This document shows positions 39,963 through 50,896 of a stretch of 64,000 bases of DNA, piece by piece. The stretch is taken from the NCBI GenBank assembly GCA_963843845.1, contig CAWJMB010000005.1, forward strand, positions 1 through 64,000. Reading direction: 5' to 3'. This stretch comes from an uncultured Gemmatimonadaceae bacterium (GTDB lineage: Bacteria; Gemmatimonadota; Gemmatimonadetes; Gemmatimonadales; Gemmatimonadaceae). The notes beneath the pieces are model-generated. The model did not search any database. It was not told where the DNA came from and was given only the letters and a program-made list of their open reading frames with translations. Both the position numbers and the translations under genes were made by a program. Each line of letters starts with the position of its first letter. The stretch's first letter is position 1.

Positions 39963-40581
39963 TCAGCGCAGAAGCTCGGAGGCGCCCGGATGCCGGGCGA
40001 CGAGATGGGCGCGCACCGCCGCGCGCGCCTTGTGCAGCGTCGCGCGCACCGCCGCCGGCGCGATCCCGATCAGCAGCGCCGCCTCCGACGGGTCGTAGCC
40101 CTGCAGGTCGACGAGGTCGAAGACTTCGCGCTGCCGCGCCGGAAGCGCGCCGAAGAACGCACGCACCTCGGCCGCACATCGCTCCCGGTCGACGCGCAGC
40201 GCCGGGGTCGGTGACGTAGACGTCGCGCTCGGGGCGCGCCGTCGGCCGCGCGGCGAGGCGCGCGCGGCGGGCGACCGTCCGGCGGCGCTGGCCGGCCGCG
40301 TGCCGCACGATGCGATACAGCCACGCGTCGATCGGCGCGTCGCCGCGGAACTGCGCGAGCCGACGGTGCATCTGGATGAACGCGTCCTGCGCGACGTCGT
40401 CCGCCTCGTCCGCGTCGGCGGCGAAGATGAGCGCCCACCGATAGACGACCGGGTGGAGCGCGGTCACGAGCGCCGCGAACGACGCCGCGTCGCCCGTCGC
40501 GGCGTGGGCGACGAGCGCGTGAGCGACGAGCGCGTGCTCCGACGGCGGCGGTGACGTTCGCGTGAGCGGCATGCCGAACAT
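39963..40581 (-). CDS. ECF RNA polymerase sigma factor (frameshift near 40200)
   Basis: GDAASFAAL, EADDVAQDAF, AWLYRI; region 4 LPARQREVF...VRATLHKAR in another frame. Confidence 0.85.
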
Positions 40582-40616
40582 GATGCCACGAACGTCGCGC
40601 GCGTCTACCCGTGAAT

Positions 40617-40680
40617 CGGCGTCGTCGATACGGCGCCGTCGATACCGCGCCGTATCGACGGCGCCGTATCGACTACGCCG
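40617..40680. repeat. 29-bp-arm inverted repeat downstream of susD
   Basis: Arms 40617-40645 and 40652-40680, one mismatch, 6-nt loop. Confidence 0.8.
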
Positions 40681-40689
40681 TCAGTCCGA

Positions 40690-42090
40690 TCAGGCATTCC
40701 GGTCGATGCACCCCGTGAACTGCGTGTTCGTCTTCTCCGAGTCGGGCACCGGGAAGTTCACGTCGTTGCCGAACGTGAACGGCGCCTTGTGGAAGCCGCC
40801 TTCGGGGAACGTCTGGTCTTCGGTGCGCCCGTACTGCCGGATGAGGCGCCGCAGGTCGCCGAGGCGCGCGCCGCGCGCGAACTGCCAGTACGCCTTCTCG
40901 CGGAAGAACAGGTTGATCGCCGCGTCGCGCGTCGCCGGCGTGGCGAGCGCACCGAGCGCCGGAACGCTGAGGTTGCCGAGCAGTTGCGTCGTGCCGCGCA
41001 GCCCGTTGAGCACCGACATCATCCCCGGGACGTCGTTCGCCTGCAGGCGCGCCTCCGCCTCGACGAGTCGCGCGTCGATGCCCGAGACGACGGCGTACGG
41101 CGTCTCGCGCGTCGCGTACGCGTCGGCGCGCACCCACGGCGTGATGCCGTCGAACCCTTTCACCGTGTTGCGAAACGTGCCGGTCGTCGGGACGCGCGGA
41201 TCCTTCGACGACGCGAAGGGGATCGCGTTGCGGACGACCGTCTCGACTTCCTGCACGAGACTCGCGCTGTCGCCGACCGTGTAGCGCGCCGTGCTGCTGG
41301 CCGAGTAGTTCGTCGCCCAGATCGCGTTGTCGCCCGACGTCTGCGCGAACGTGAGCAGGTACTGATAGCTCGTCGCGACGCCGGATACCGCCGTCGCCGC
41401 CTCGGCGAACCGGCCGAGGTCGACGAGCACGCGCCCGCGAGCGATCTGCGCGGCGGTGCGGGCGCGCACGGCGATCGTCCCCGTGCCGGTCCCCAACGCG
41501 ACCGCCGAGTCGAGGTGCGCGAGCGCGAGGGTGTAGACCTCGACGTTCGTGAACGGCTTCGAGTAGCGCACCTCGCCGTTCACCGTCTCGCCGAGGGGGA
41601 TGCCGTTGCAGAAATACTCGGCCATGCTCAGCTCCGTGAAGCCGAGGGCGAAATACATCTCGGCGACGCGGTCCGTCTCGTTCGGGAGGTTCGTGCGGAG
41701 CGAGTTGATCGCGTCGCGGAAGAAGCCGCGCGACTGCGTCATCGTCGCGTAGCGCCCGGTGACCTCGGCGTCGTTCGTCTGGAGCTGCCGCCGGTCCATG
41801 TCGATCCGCTGCGTGAACGTGTCGCTCGTCTTCCACACGTCCGTCATCAGATCGGAGTACAGGCACATGTTCCCGGCACCGCCACAGCTCCAGTTCTTCA
41901 GCGCGCCGATGGCGCCGATGTAGAGGCCGATCGCGCCGGTGGCGCCGGCGTTCTCGATGGCTTCCGGCGTGATGACGCCGGGCTGCTGCGGCTCGAGGAG
42001 GTTGTCCTCGAGGCTGCACGCGGCGAGAGCGAGCGGCGCGAGGGCGAGGAGCCCGGTCGCCGCGCGGCGAACGCGGTTGGTGAGTCGCAT
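40690..42090 (-). CDS. RagB/SusD-family lipoprotein
   Basis: LAAC lipobox, ARLVEAEA, REKAYWQFARGARLGDLRR, FPVPDSE; follows susC. Confidence 0.88.
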   Translation of the reverse strand: MRLTNRVRRAATGLLALAPLALAACSLEDNLLEPQQPGVITPEAIENAGATGAIGLYIGAIGALKNWSCGGAGNMCLYSDLMTDVWKTSDTFTQRIDMDRRQLQTNDAEVTGRYATMTQSRGFFRDAINSLRTNLPNETDRVAEMYFALGFTELSMAEYFCNGIPLGETVNGEVRYSKPFTNVEVYTLALAHLDSAVALGTGTGTIAVRARTAAQIARGRVLVDLGRFAEAATAVSGVATSYQYLLTFAQTSGDNAIWATNYSASSTARYTVGDSASLVQEVETVVRNAIPFASSKDPRVPTTGTFRNTVKGFDGITPWVRADAYATRETPYAVVSGIDARLVEAEARLQANDVPGMMSVLNGLRGTTQLLGNLSVPALGALATPATRDAAINLFFREKAYWQFARGARLGDLRRLIRQYGRTEDQTFPEGGFHKAPFTFGNDVNFPVPDSEKTNTQFTGCIDRNA

Positions 42091-42120
42091 GATGTGACTA
42101 TGAGGGTCCGCGCGGGGCGG

Positions 42121-45100
42121 TCAGAAGTAGAAGTTCAGGCGGGCCGTGTAGTACGTGCGCGGCGAGGAGCTGGCGATGTTCGACTGCACGTTGCCGGTCG
42201 AGTAGTTCGCCTCGGGGTCCTGCCCGCTGAACTTCGTCCAGATCGCCAGGTTGCGCGCGCCGAGGCTGAGGCTCGCGCGCTGGGCGCGGACGGTGCGCAG
42301 CAGCCGGTCGGGCACGCCGATCGTCGCCGAGAGCTCGCGGAAGCGCACGAAGTTGCCCTTCTCGAGATAGCCGCGCGCCGTCGTCGGCGTGCCCGAGCGC
42401 GTCGCGACGCAGCGCGCCTGATCCTCGATCGACGTGTTCGGATCGGAGCGATCCTCGTACTGCGCGAAGTTCGCGCAGAGGAACGACCCGTTGTTGTTCA
42501 GGACGTAGAAGTCGCCCTTGAAGTCGAACAGCGCGTTGACGCGGAGCCGGTTGTCGAACAGTCCGACGTTGTTGGCCATCGAGATCGTCGTCACCGGCAC
42601 CGGCGAGCCGACGTAGGTGAAGGCCGTGTCGACCTGGACCTCGCCCGGCACGATGTAGCCGTCGCCGTTCGCGTCGCCGTACCGGTAGCTGCGGTAGAAC
42701 TGCCCGTCGATCGGGTAGCCGCGCGCGTTGCGCGTCGTGCCCGTTCCGAGCGTCGTCTGCGGCTTGCCCTGCGGGTCGAGGCCGAGGTCGCGGATGCGGT
42801 TCTTGTTGTACGCGCCGTTGAGCTGCACGTCGTACGAGAACTGGCGGTAGTTCGCGACCTGCCCGCCGAGCGTCATCTCGAAGCCCTCGTTCTGGATGCT
42901 GCCGATGTTCCGGAGCACGGTGAGATCGGACGCGGCAGACGACGGCGCGATCGGCTGCGAGATGAGCGCGTCGCGGCTGCGCTTCCGGTAGTACGTGAAG
43001 TCGATGTTCACGCGGTCGCGCAACAGGCGTCCCTCGAACCCGCCCTCGAACTCCGTCTGGACCTCGGGTTTGAGGTTCGGGTTGCCGACCTGCGCGGCGC
43101 GGATGCCCGGCGTGTCGGTGCCGGTGAGCGAGGTGTTGTTCGTCGGCACGTTGGTCGTCGCCGACGCGAACGTGTAGAGCGAGGCCGTCGCGCCCGGATT
43201 GATGCCGGCCTGTCCGTACGACGAGCGCAGGCGGAAGCTCGAGACGAGGGTGCCGCGCGGGAACCACGCTTCCTCGGACATGAGGTACGACACCGAGGCC
43301 TTCGGGTAGATCGCGTTGCCGAAGTCGACGCCGAACGCGCTGTTCTTGTCGCTGCGGGCGCCGAGGGTCAGGTAGAGCCGGTCGCGGAGCGAGAACTGCT
43401 CGTTGACGTAGTAGCCGAGCGTCTTGACCGCCGTCGGCAGCGTGCTGCCGCCGTCGCGCACCGCGGCCTGGCCGACCGACTGCGAGCCCGGCGGCAGGTT
43501 CGTGCCCGACCCGAACGAGAGGTCGGTCTGCTGGTGGACGTAGTTCGCGCCGACCGTCGTCTCGAGGTTGAGCCACGAGAGCGCCTGCCACTTCGCGACG
43601 CCGTTGAGGCGCGACTCGAGGTTGCGGTTGTTCGCGTGCTGGCTGCTCACCGTGCCGAGGCGCTGCGTGCCGCCGGGCGCGCACTCGCTGAAGCGGCAGA
43701 GCGTGAAGTCGCGGCGGTCGATGAGGTCGAAGCCGAGCGTGCCGTTCGCCTGGAGCCAGGTCAGCGGGCGCCAGTTCGCCGTCGTCGCGCCGAGGAAGCG
43801 CTGGATGTCTTCCTTCACCTCGCGCTGGAAGATGTCGCCGTCGGTGTAGCTGTTGTTGCCGTAGAGCACGCGGCCGAGCGCGTCGCGGTCGGTGCGGCCG
43901 GGGCCGACGCCGAGGAAGCCGGGGTTCGTGATCCCCTGGTAGAACACGCTGTAGACGTTGTTGTCCGTCTGCGGCTGGCGCTGGTTCGTCTTCACGTACG
44001 ACGTCTGGACGGCGAGGTCGAACTTGTCGTTGACCGCCGCATTGAGGTTCGCGCGGCCGCTCATGCGGTCGAGGCTCTCGGGCTGCCGCCACTCGTCGCG
44101 GATCGGCAGGTTCGCGGCGTTGAAGCGCGTGTAGTCGACGCCGGGGAGCCGAATCGGGCCGACCTCGCGCGCGAAGTCGCCGCTCGTGAAGTAGCGCACG
44201 CGGTCGCTGCCGCCACTGATCTGTACGCCGCCCTGCCCGCGCCCGCCCGTCTGGATCGGCGACAGGCTGTCGACGCGCAGCACGTTGAGCGACGTCACGC
44301 TGTCCTGGATGCACGTCCGCGCGGCGAGCTGCACGAGCTCACAGCGCGTCTGCACGGTCGGCGCGGCGGGCGTGTGTCCCCAGATCATGTACGACGTCGG
44401 GTAGTAGCCCTTGTCCTCGATCGCGCCGCCCTCGCCGTAGACGGTCCACTGCGCCTTGGCGCCGGCGCGCCCCTTCTTCGTCGTGACGACGACGACGCCG
44501 TTCGCCGCGTCGGTGCCGTAGAGCGTCGCCGCCGACGGCCCCTTCACGATCTCGACGTTCTCGATGTCCTCGGGATTCAGGCTGTTGAGGAACGTCGTCT
44601 GCTGACCGCCGGTGCTGGTGCCCACCGAGCCGGCGTTGAAGCGCACCCCGTCGACGACCCAGATCGGCGCGTTCCCGAGCGAGATCGAGTTCACGCCACG
44701 AAGCCGGATCGTGCCGGCGGTGCCGGTCATCGCGCCCGGCAGCACGGTGACGCCAGGCGCCTTGCCGACGAGGAGATCGCTCACGTTCGTGATCGGCGTC
44801 TCGGCGACGCGCCGTCCGACGTCGGCGAGCGTCGCCGTCGCGTTGCCGAGCTCGACGCGGCGCACCTCGCCGGTCGCCGTCGTGATGACTTCCGAGAGCT
44901 GGATGACCGAGGGCGCGAGCGTGAAGTCGACGGTCATCGAGGCGCCCGCCGTCAGCGTGATCGGTCGCTTCTGCTCCTGATAGCCGACGCGAATCACACG
45001 CACCTCGACGGCGCCGGCCGGCACCCCGCGCAGTGTGTAGCGGCCGTCGGCCCCGGTGCTCGCGACGAGCGTCGTGCCGACGATGACGATGCGGCTTTCC

Positions 45101-45246
45101 GGCAGCGGCTGGCCGGCGCCCTGCGCGGCGACACGACCAGTGATCGTCGCCGGCTGCGCGCCGGCCGCGACGGCGCCGACGAGAAGGGCGATCGGCACCC
45201 CCACGTAGCGCAGGGGACGCCAGACGAAGGTCCTTCTCATGAGCAT
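42121..45246 (-). CDS. SusC/RagA-family TonB-dependent receptor
   Basis: N-terminal extension, plug [47 protein letters not shown]-terminal Phe. Confidence 0.95.
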   Translation of the reverse strand: MLMRRTFVWRPLRYVGVPIALLVGAVAAGAQPATITGRVAAQGAGQPLPESRIVIVGTTLVASTGADGRYTLRGVPAGAVEVRVIRVGYQEQKRPITLTAGASMTVDFTLAPSVIQLSEVITTATGEVRRVELGNATATLADVGRRVAETPITNVSDLLVGKAPGVTVLPGAMTGTAGTIRLRGVNSISLGNAPIWVVDGVRFNAGSVGTSTGGQQTTFLNSLNPEDIENVEIVKGPSAATLYGTDAANGVVVVTTKKGRAGAKAQWTVYGEGGAIEDKGYYPTSYMIWGHTPAAPTVQTRCELVQLAARTCIQDSVTSLNVLRVDSLSPIQTGGRGQGGVQISGGSDRVRYFTSGDFAREVGPIRLPGVDYTRFNAANLPIRDEWRQPESLDRMSGRANLNAAVNDKFDLAVQTSYVKTNQRQPQTDNNVYSVFYQGITNPGFLGVGPGRTDRDALGRVLYGNNSYTDGDIFQREVKEDIQRFLGATTANWRPLTWLQANGTLGFDLIDRRDFTLCRFSECAPGGTQRLGTVSSQHANNRNLESRLNGVAKWQALSWLNLETTVGANYVHQQTDLSFGSGTNLPPGSQSVGQAAVRDGGSTLPTAVKTLGYYVNEQFSLRDRLYLTLGARSDKNSAFGVDFGNAIYPKASVSYLMSEEAWFPRGTLVSSFRLRSSYGQAGINPGATASLYTFASATTNVPTNNTSLTGTDTPGIRAAQVGNPNLKPEVQTEFEGGFEGRLLRDRVNIDFTYYRKRSRDALISQPIAPSSAASDLTVLRNIGSIQNEGFEMTLGGQVANYRQFSYDVQLNGAYNKNRIRDLGLDPQGKPQTTLGTGTTRNARGYPIDGQFYRSYRYGDANGDGYIVPGEVQVDTAFTYVGSPVPVTTISMANNVGLFDNRLRVNALFDFKGDFYVLNNNGSFLCANFAQYEDRSDPNTSIEDQARCVATRSGTPTTARGYLEKGNFVRFRELSATIGVPDRLLRTVRAQRASLSLGARNLAIWTKFSGQDPEANYSTGNVQSNIASSSPRTYYTARLNFYF

Positions 45247-45382
45247 GCCTCGACCGAACGGGTGAGCCAGACATCGAGCCGTCGCCCCACCGACCCCGGC
45301 GACACGACGGGTCGTCACAAAGTAGGAACGGGCCGTCCCCCAAGTACGGAGAACGGCCCGGAGCACGCCGACGCGTCGGCGC

Positions 45383-46012
45383 CTAGCTCGCGCGTTGCGG
45401 ATCGGGCGTCGCCGCGTGGTCGGCGAGCGCGTCGGCGACGGCGTGCAGCTCGCCCATGATCGGCGCGGCGAAGCCGACGGTGTCGAGCCGCTCGGCGATG
45501 CGGCCGAACCAGCGCACCTTCGCCTCGCGCCCCTCGGCGAAGCGGCGCCACACGGCTTCGGGGAACGCGGTGCGGCGCAGGTCGGCGAGCAGCGTGCTCG
45601 CCTCGTGCACCTCGTGCGCGGCGAGCACCCAGCGGCTCGTCTCCGACGCCCCCGCGAGGCGGTCCAGGTGGTCGGTCTTCTGCTCCTCGTGCGACAGCTC
45701 GACACCGTCGTCGTCCTGGCGGCGGCCGACGGCGCCCAACACCGCCGTGAGCGACTCGGAGCCGAACTTGTCTTCGAGACGCAGGCGCACCGCGTCGGGG
45801 CTCGAGCCGTCGCGCAGATAGTCCTGGACCACCGACTGCAGCACCGCGGCGACGATCGTCGTCTCGTCGCGCCCGTAGCGCGTGAGGATGACGGCGACGT
45901 TCGCGGGGGCGGTGAAGTAGGGCAGCCGCATCCCCTTCCGCACTTCCTGGTCGTGGTGCTTCGCCGCGAACGCGAGCGCGTGGTTGATGCGGTCGGAGTA
46001 GCCAGGGGTCAT
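45383..46012 (-). CDS. RelA/SpoT HD-hydrolase-like protein with degenerate catalytic motifs
   Basis: [17 protein letters not shown] is the SAH/Mesh1-like N-terminus; [10 protein letters not shown] replaces AALLHDxxED. Confidence 0.7.
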   Translation of the reverse strand: MTPGYSDRINHALAFAAKHHDQEVRKGMRLPYFTAPANVAVILTRYGRDETTIVAAVLQSVVQDYLRDGSSPDAVRLRLEDKFGSESLTAVLGAVGRRQDDDGVELSHEEQKTDHLDRLAGASETSRWVLAAHEVHEASTLLADLRRTAFPEAVWRRFAEGREAKVRWFGRIAERLDTVGFAAPIMGELHAVADALADHAATPDPQRAS

Positions 46013-46521
46013 GAGCGTGCAGCCTGCGCTGCCGGGGGAGAGGCGAATCGGCGGAGAAGGTGCTCGAGTCCTGTCCGGTCGTCGGCGTCGAACGCGGCGA
46101 GGCGCTCGGAGTCGACGTCGAACACCGCGACGAGCGCGCCGCGTGAGTCTACGACCGGCAGCACGATCTCGCTGCGCGAGCGGCCGTCGCAGGCGATGTG
46201 GCCGGGGAACGCGTGCACGTCGTCGACGATCACGGCGCGCCGCTCCGCCGCCGCCGTGCCGCACACCCCGCGCCCGAACGCGATCTCGAGGCAGCCGAGC
46301 GTGCCCTGATACGGGCCGACGCGGAGCAGGCGGTCAGGCTCCACGACGCGATAGAAGCCGGTCCACAGATGGCCGAACGCGTGGTGCACGAGGCAGCTCA
46401 CCGTCGCCATCTCGGCGATCGGATCGTCGACGCCCTCGAGCACGGCGTCGAGCTGGTCGCCGAGCTGCGCGTAGGCGGCGGGCTTCGGGAGGTGGCGGAG
46501 GTCGAGCGTCTGTTCGGCCAT
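46009..46521 (-). CDS. GAF-domain protein, free methionine-R-sulfoxide reductase-like
   Basis: WTGFY, VGPYQGTLGC, GRGVCG, DVHAFPGHIACD, SEIVLP, DVDS. Confidence 0.85.
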   Translation of the reverse strand: MAEQTLDLRHLPKPAAYAQLGDQLDAVLEGVDDPIAEMATVSCLVHHAFGHLWTGFYRVVEPDRLLRVGPYQGTLGCLEIAFGRGVCGTAAAERRAVIVDDVHAFPGHIACDGRSRSEIVLPVVDSRGALVAVFDVDSERLAAFDADDRTGLEHLLRRFASPPAAQAARS

Positions 46522-46542
46522 TGTCGATGCTGTTCGATTCTC

Positions 46543-46628
46543 ACGGAAGGAACCGAAGGAACGGAAGGCACCCGAAGGGCCGTGCAGGGCCCGTCGTCCG
46601 GTTCCTTCCGTTCCTTCGATTCCTTCCG
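46543..46628. repeat. Nonamer-based palindromic element, copy 3
   Basis: ACGGAAGGA-ACCGAAGGA-ACGGAAGGC, spacer, TCCTTCCGT-TCCTTCGAT-TCCTTCCG. Confidence 0.8.
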
Positions 46629-46692
46629 GAAAAAAAACGCCGAGCCACGCCCGGCGTGCTGTAGAATGGTAGCGCAGCAGTGACCTCTCATC

Positions 46693-48126
46693 ATGACGGA
46701 GCGTACGATGACCGGCCATCCAGACCGACGCGACTTCCTCAAGACCGCCGCGCTCGCCGGCGTCGGACTCGGCGTCGGCGCGTGCCACGCGGGCGGGGCG
46801 GCGCCGAACGCGAACGTCGCACCGGTTCCGGCCGCGCTGCGTGGTTCGGCGCCCGGCCCCGAGCCGTTCACGGCGCCGCCGCTCGAGCGGGTGCGGGTCG
46901 GCGTCGTGGGCGTCGGCCATCAGGGGTCGTCGCACGTCAGGAACTTCCTGCGCATCGACAACGTCGACGTCGTCGCGATCTGCGACGTGACGCCGGCGAA
47001 CCTCGCGCGCTCGCAGAAGGCCGTCACCGACGCCGGCCGCCCACCGGCGACGGGGTACGGCGAGCGCGGGCCCCGCGACTTCGAGCGGATGATCGGCGAG
47101 GAGCAGCTCGACCTCGTGTTCACCGCGACGCCGTGGGAGTGGCACGCGCCGGTGCTGCTCGCCGCGATGCGCGCCGGGAGACACGCCGCGACCGAGGTGC
47201 CGTTCGGCGTCACGCTCGACGAGGTGTGGGAGCTCGTCGAGACGGCGGAGCGCACGCGGCGGCACTGCGTGATGATGGAGAACTGCTGCTACGACCGGCC
47301 GGAGATGATGATCCTCAACATGGTCCGCCGGGGCGTGTTCGGCGAGCTGCTGCACGCCGAGTGCGGGTACCTGCACGACCTGCGGTCGTTGAAGCTGACG
47401 GACTACTACTACGACCGGTGGCGCGTCAAGCATTCCGTTCGCCGCGACGGCGACCTCTATCCGACGCACGGCCTCGGCCCCGTCGCGCAGTGGCTGGACA
47501 TCAACCGCGGCAACCAGTTCGACCACCTCGTGTCGATGTCGACGAAGTCGCGCGGGCTGAACGCGTGGGCCGCCGAGCACATCGGCCCGACCAGCCCCGA
47601 GGCGAGGCAGACGTACGCGTTGGGCGACGTCGTGACGACGCTCATCCGCACGAAGCGCGGCGAGACGATCCGCATCTCGCACGACACCGACTCGCCGCGT
47701 CCGTACAGCCGCGACACCGCGCTGCAGGGCACGAAGGGGCTGGTGCGCAAATACCCGGAGGCGAAGATCTACCTCGAGGGGCGCAGCAAGAACGACCGGT
47801 GGGAGGAGCTCGCGGCGTACCGCGCGCAGTACGACCACCCGCTGTGGACGGGGCTCGACGAGCGCGCCGCCGGCGCGGGGCACGGCGGCATGGACTACAT
47901 CGAGGACTACCGCCTCGTACAGTGCCTCCGGCAGGGTGCGCCGATGGACATGGACGTCTACGACGGCGCCGCGTGGACGGCCGTCATCATGCTCAGCGAG
48001 CAGTCGATCGCCGGGCGCAGCCGCTCGGTGGACTTTCCGGACTTCACGCGCGGTGCCTGGCAGCGGCGCGCGCCGTTAGGCATCGTCGACGTCGACGGCC
48101 GCGCCGTCGCGAGTGGCGCCCGATGA
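46693..48126 (+). CDS. GH109 (Gfo/Idh/MocA fold) NAD-dependent N-acetylgalactosaminidase-like, Tat-exported
   Basis: DRRDFLK Tat motif, ATPWEWH, EVP, ENCCY, YLHDL, YPTHG, GHGGMD. Confidence 0.88.
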   Translation: MTERTMTGHPDRRDFLKTAALAGVGLGVGACHAGGAAPNANVAPVPAALRGSAPGPEPFTAPPLERVRVGVVGVGHQGSSHVRNFLRIDNVDVVAICDVTPANLARSQKAVTDAGRPPATGYGERGPRDFERMIGEEQLDLVFTATPWEWHAPVLLAAMRAGRHAATEVPFGVTLDEVWELVETAERTRRHCVMMENCCYDRPEMMILNMVRRGVFGELLHAECGYLHDLRSLKLTDYYYDRWRVKHSVRRDGDLYPTHGLGPVAQWLDINRGNQFDHLVSMSTKSRGLNAWAAEHIGPTSPEARQTYALGDVVTTLIRTKRGETIRISHDTDSPRPYSRDTALQGTKGLVRKYPEAKIYLEGRSKNDRWEELAAYRAQYDHPLWTGLDERAAGAGHGGMDYIEDYRLVQCLRQGAPMDMDVYDGAAWTAVIMLSEQSIAGRSRSVDFPDFTRGAWQRRAPLGIVDVDGRAVASGAR

Positions 48127-50019
48127 GCCTCACCCTGCTCGACTGGCTCATCGCCGCCGCGTCGATTCTCGTCTGCTTCGTCCCCGCCCTGTTCTTCGGC
48201 CGGCGGGCGAGCACGAGCACGTCGGAGTTCTTCGCGTCGGGCCGCTCGGTGCCCTGGTGGCTCGCCGGGCTCTCGATGGTCGCGACGACGTTCAGCAGCG
48301 ACACGCCGAACTGGGTGACGCAGCAGGTGCGGCAGTACGGCGTCGCGGGGAACTGGCAGTGGTGGGCGTTCGTGCTGACCGGCGTCGCGACGGTGTTCTT
48401 CTTCGCGCGACTGTGGCGCCGCTCCGGCGTGATGACCGACCTGGAGTTCTACGAGCTCCGCTACTCGGGAAGGGCCGCGTCGGTCGTGCGCGGCTTCCGG
48501 GCCGTCTACCTCGGGCTGTTCTTCAACTGCTTCATCATGGGGATGGTGACGCTCGCGGCGTGCAAGATCGCGAACATCCTGTTCGCGATGCCGCCGTGGC
48601 AGACGATCCTCATCTGCGGCGTGCTGAACGTGGTGTTCGCGGCCCACTCCGGACTGTGGGGCGTGCTCGTCATCGACATGGTGCAGTTCATCATCAAGAT
48701 GACGGCGGTGATCGCCGCGGCGTACTTCGCGCTCGTCGCGGTCGCCGACCGCACGGGCGTCGGCGGCGGCGCGATGGCCGGGCTGCACGAGCTCGTGAGC
48801 CGGCTCGGCGCGCAGCAGGTGAGCTACGCGGCGGGCGGGCAGCCGGTGCTGTCGCCGATCGACGGGCGCGGACAGCCGATCCTCGACATCCTGCCCGAAC
48901 TTCGCCCTGGGCGACCTCGCGCTGATGATCTTCATCATGCCGATCGCGATCGGGTGGTGGGCGAACTGGTATCCGGGCGCGGAGCCCGGCGGCGGGAGCT
49001 ACATCGCGCAGCGGATGCTCGCGTCGAAGTCGGAGAAGGACGCCCTCGGCGGCACCCTGTTCTTCAACTTCGCGCACTACGTGCTGCGCCCGTGGCCGTG
49101 GATCATCACGGCGCTCTGCTCGATCATCATCTACCCCGAGCTGAGCGACATCCAGGCGGCGTTCCCCGCGGCGGACCCGCGACTGATCGGCCACGACAGC
49201 GCCTTCCCCGCGATGCTGAAGTTCCTCCCCGCAGGCTTCGTCGGCCTCATGGTCGGCGGCCTCGTCGCCGCGAACTCGTCGACGATCCTCACGCACCTCA
49301 ACTGGGGCTCGTCGTACCTCGTTCACGACTTCTACCGCCGCTTCGTGCGGCGCGACGCGAGCGAGCGGCACTACGTGAACGTCGGCCGCGTCTGCACGAT
49401 CGGACTCTACGTCGTCGCCGCGCTGCTCAGCCGGGTCCTCGACTCGGCGCAGGAGGCGTTCGAGGTGCTCATCTCGATCGGCGCCGGGACGGGGCTGCTC
49501 TACATGCTGCGCTGGTTCTGGTGGCGCATCAACGCGACGTGCGAGGTCGTCGCCATGATCAGCTCGTTCGCGATCTCGGTCGTCTTCTTCGCGATGCGGA
49601 AGGCGGGACGCGGTCTGCCGTTCGCCCAGACCGTGCTGCTCTCGGTCGCGTTCACGACGGTGTGCTGGCTCGTCGCCGCGTACGCGGGGCCGGCGACGAG
49701 CCGCGAGCAGCTCGTCGCGTTCTATCGCAAGACGCGTCCGGCGGGCCCGGGGTGGGCGTGGGTGCGCGACGCCGCCGGCGTGAGCGCGTCCGCCACGCGG
49801 AGCGACCACATGGGGCTCGCGACGCTCGGCTGGCTCTCGGGGTGCCTCACGATCTGGTCGTCGCTGTTCGCCGTCGGCCAGCTGCTGTACGGCCGCCCGT
49901 CGACGGCGCTGCTGTTGGGCGCGGTCTTCGCGGTCAGCGCGACCGTGCTCGTCTTCGTCGTGCGGCACCTGTGGGACCGGCGCGGCGGCGCGGCAGACGC
50001 GGCGGCGGAGACCGCGTGA
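48123..50019 (+). CDS. Sodium:solute symporter (frameshift near 48900)
   Basis: FFASGRSVPWW, SMVATTFSSDTP, YIAQRMLA; many TM helices. Confidence 0.9.
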
Positions 50020-50873
50020 GCGCGACGAAAGCGGTGATCCTCGCGCGCGGGCTCGGCACGCGGATGCGCGCGGGCGACACCGCCGGCGACGCCGCGGCGC
50101 TCACGGCCGAGCAGGCCGCCGTCGCGAGCACGGGGCTCAAGGCCATGATCCCCGTCGGCGACGCGGGCGCGGCGAGACGCCCATTCCTCGACTACGCGAT
50201 CAGCGCGCTCGCCGACGCCGGCTTCACGGACGTCTGTCTCGTCATCGGTCCCGAGCACGACGTCGTGCGCGCGCACTACGCCGGCGACTCGGCGCCGACC
50301 CGGGTGCGCCTGCACTTCGCGGTGCAAGCACGACCGTTAGGCACCGCCGATGCCGTGCTCGCGGCCGAGTCGTTCGTCGCCGACGACGCGTTCGTCGTGC
50401 TGAACGGCGACAACTACTATCCGTCGGCCGTGCTGGCGCAGCTTCGCGCGACGGCGCCGCCGGCGACGCTCGCGTTCTCGCGCGCCGCACTGCTCCGCTC
50501 GGGGGCGATCCCGCCGGAGCGCATCGCGGCGTACGCGATGCTCGAGATCGACGGCGACGGCGACGTGCGGCGCGTGACCGAGAAGCCGAGCGCGGCGGAG
50601 CTGGACGCGTTCGCCGACGACGTACGGCACGACGACGTCCGCGTGAGCATGAACTGCTGGCTGTTCTCGGCGGCGATCTTCCGCGCCTGCCGCGAGGTCG
50701 CGCCGTCGCCGCGCGGGGAGCTCGAGCTGCCGCTCGCGGTGCAGCACGGGATCGATGCGCTCGGCATGCGCGTGCGCGGGATTCCGGTACACGCGGCAGT
50801 GCTCGATCTGTCGCGCCGCGCCGACGTCGCGGTCGTGACGTCGCAGCTCGCCACGATCGAGGTCCGGCTCTGA
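50016..50873 (+). CDS. Sugar-phosphate nucleotidyltransferase
   Basis: KAVILARGLGTRM, Q..PLGTADA, LNGDN, EKP, SPRGELE. Confidence 0.88.
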   Translation: MSATKAVILARGLGTRMRAGDTAGDAAALTAEQAAVASTGLKAMIPVGDAGAARRPFLDYAISALADAGFTDVCLVIGPEHDVVRAHYAGDSAPTRVRLHFAVQARPLGTADAVLAAESFVADDAFVVLNGDNYYPSAVLAQLRATAPPATLAFSRAALLRSGAIPPERIAAYAMLEIDGDGDVRRVTEKPSAAELDAFADDVRHDDVRVSMNCWLFSAAIFRACREVAPSPRGELELPLAVQHGIDALGMRVRGIPVHAAVLDLSRRADVAVVTSQLATIEVRL

Positions 50874-50896
50874 GGGGATCGGCCGGCGACCCGCCC

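Noticed and set aside
40789..45459. Very long antisense or off-frame ORFs (e.g. 1556 aa opposite susC; many Arg/Ala/Pro-rich ORFs)
   Set aside because: Shadow frames expected at very high GC; no motifs, and they overlap well-supported genes.
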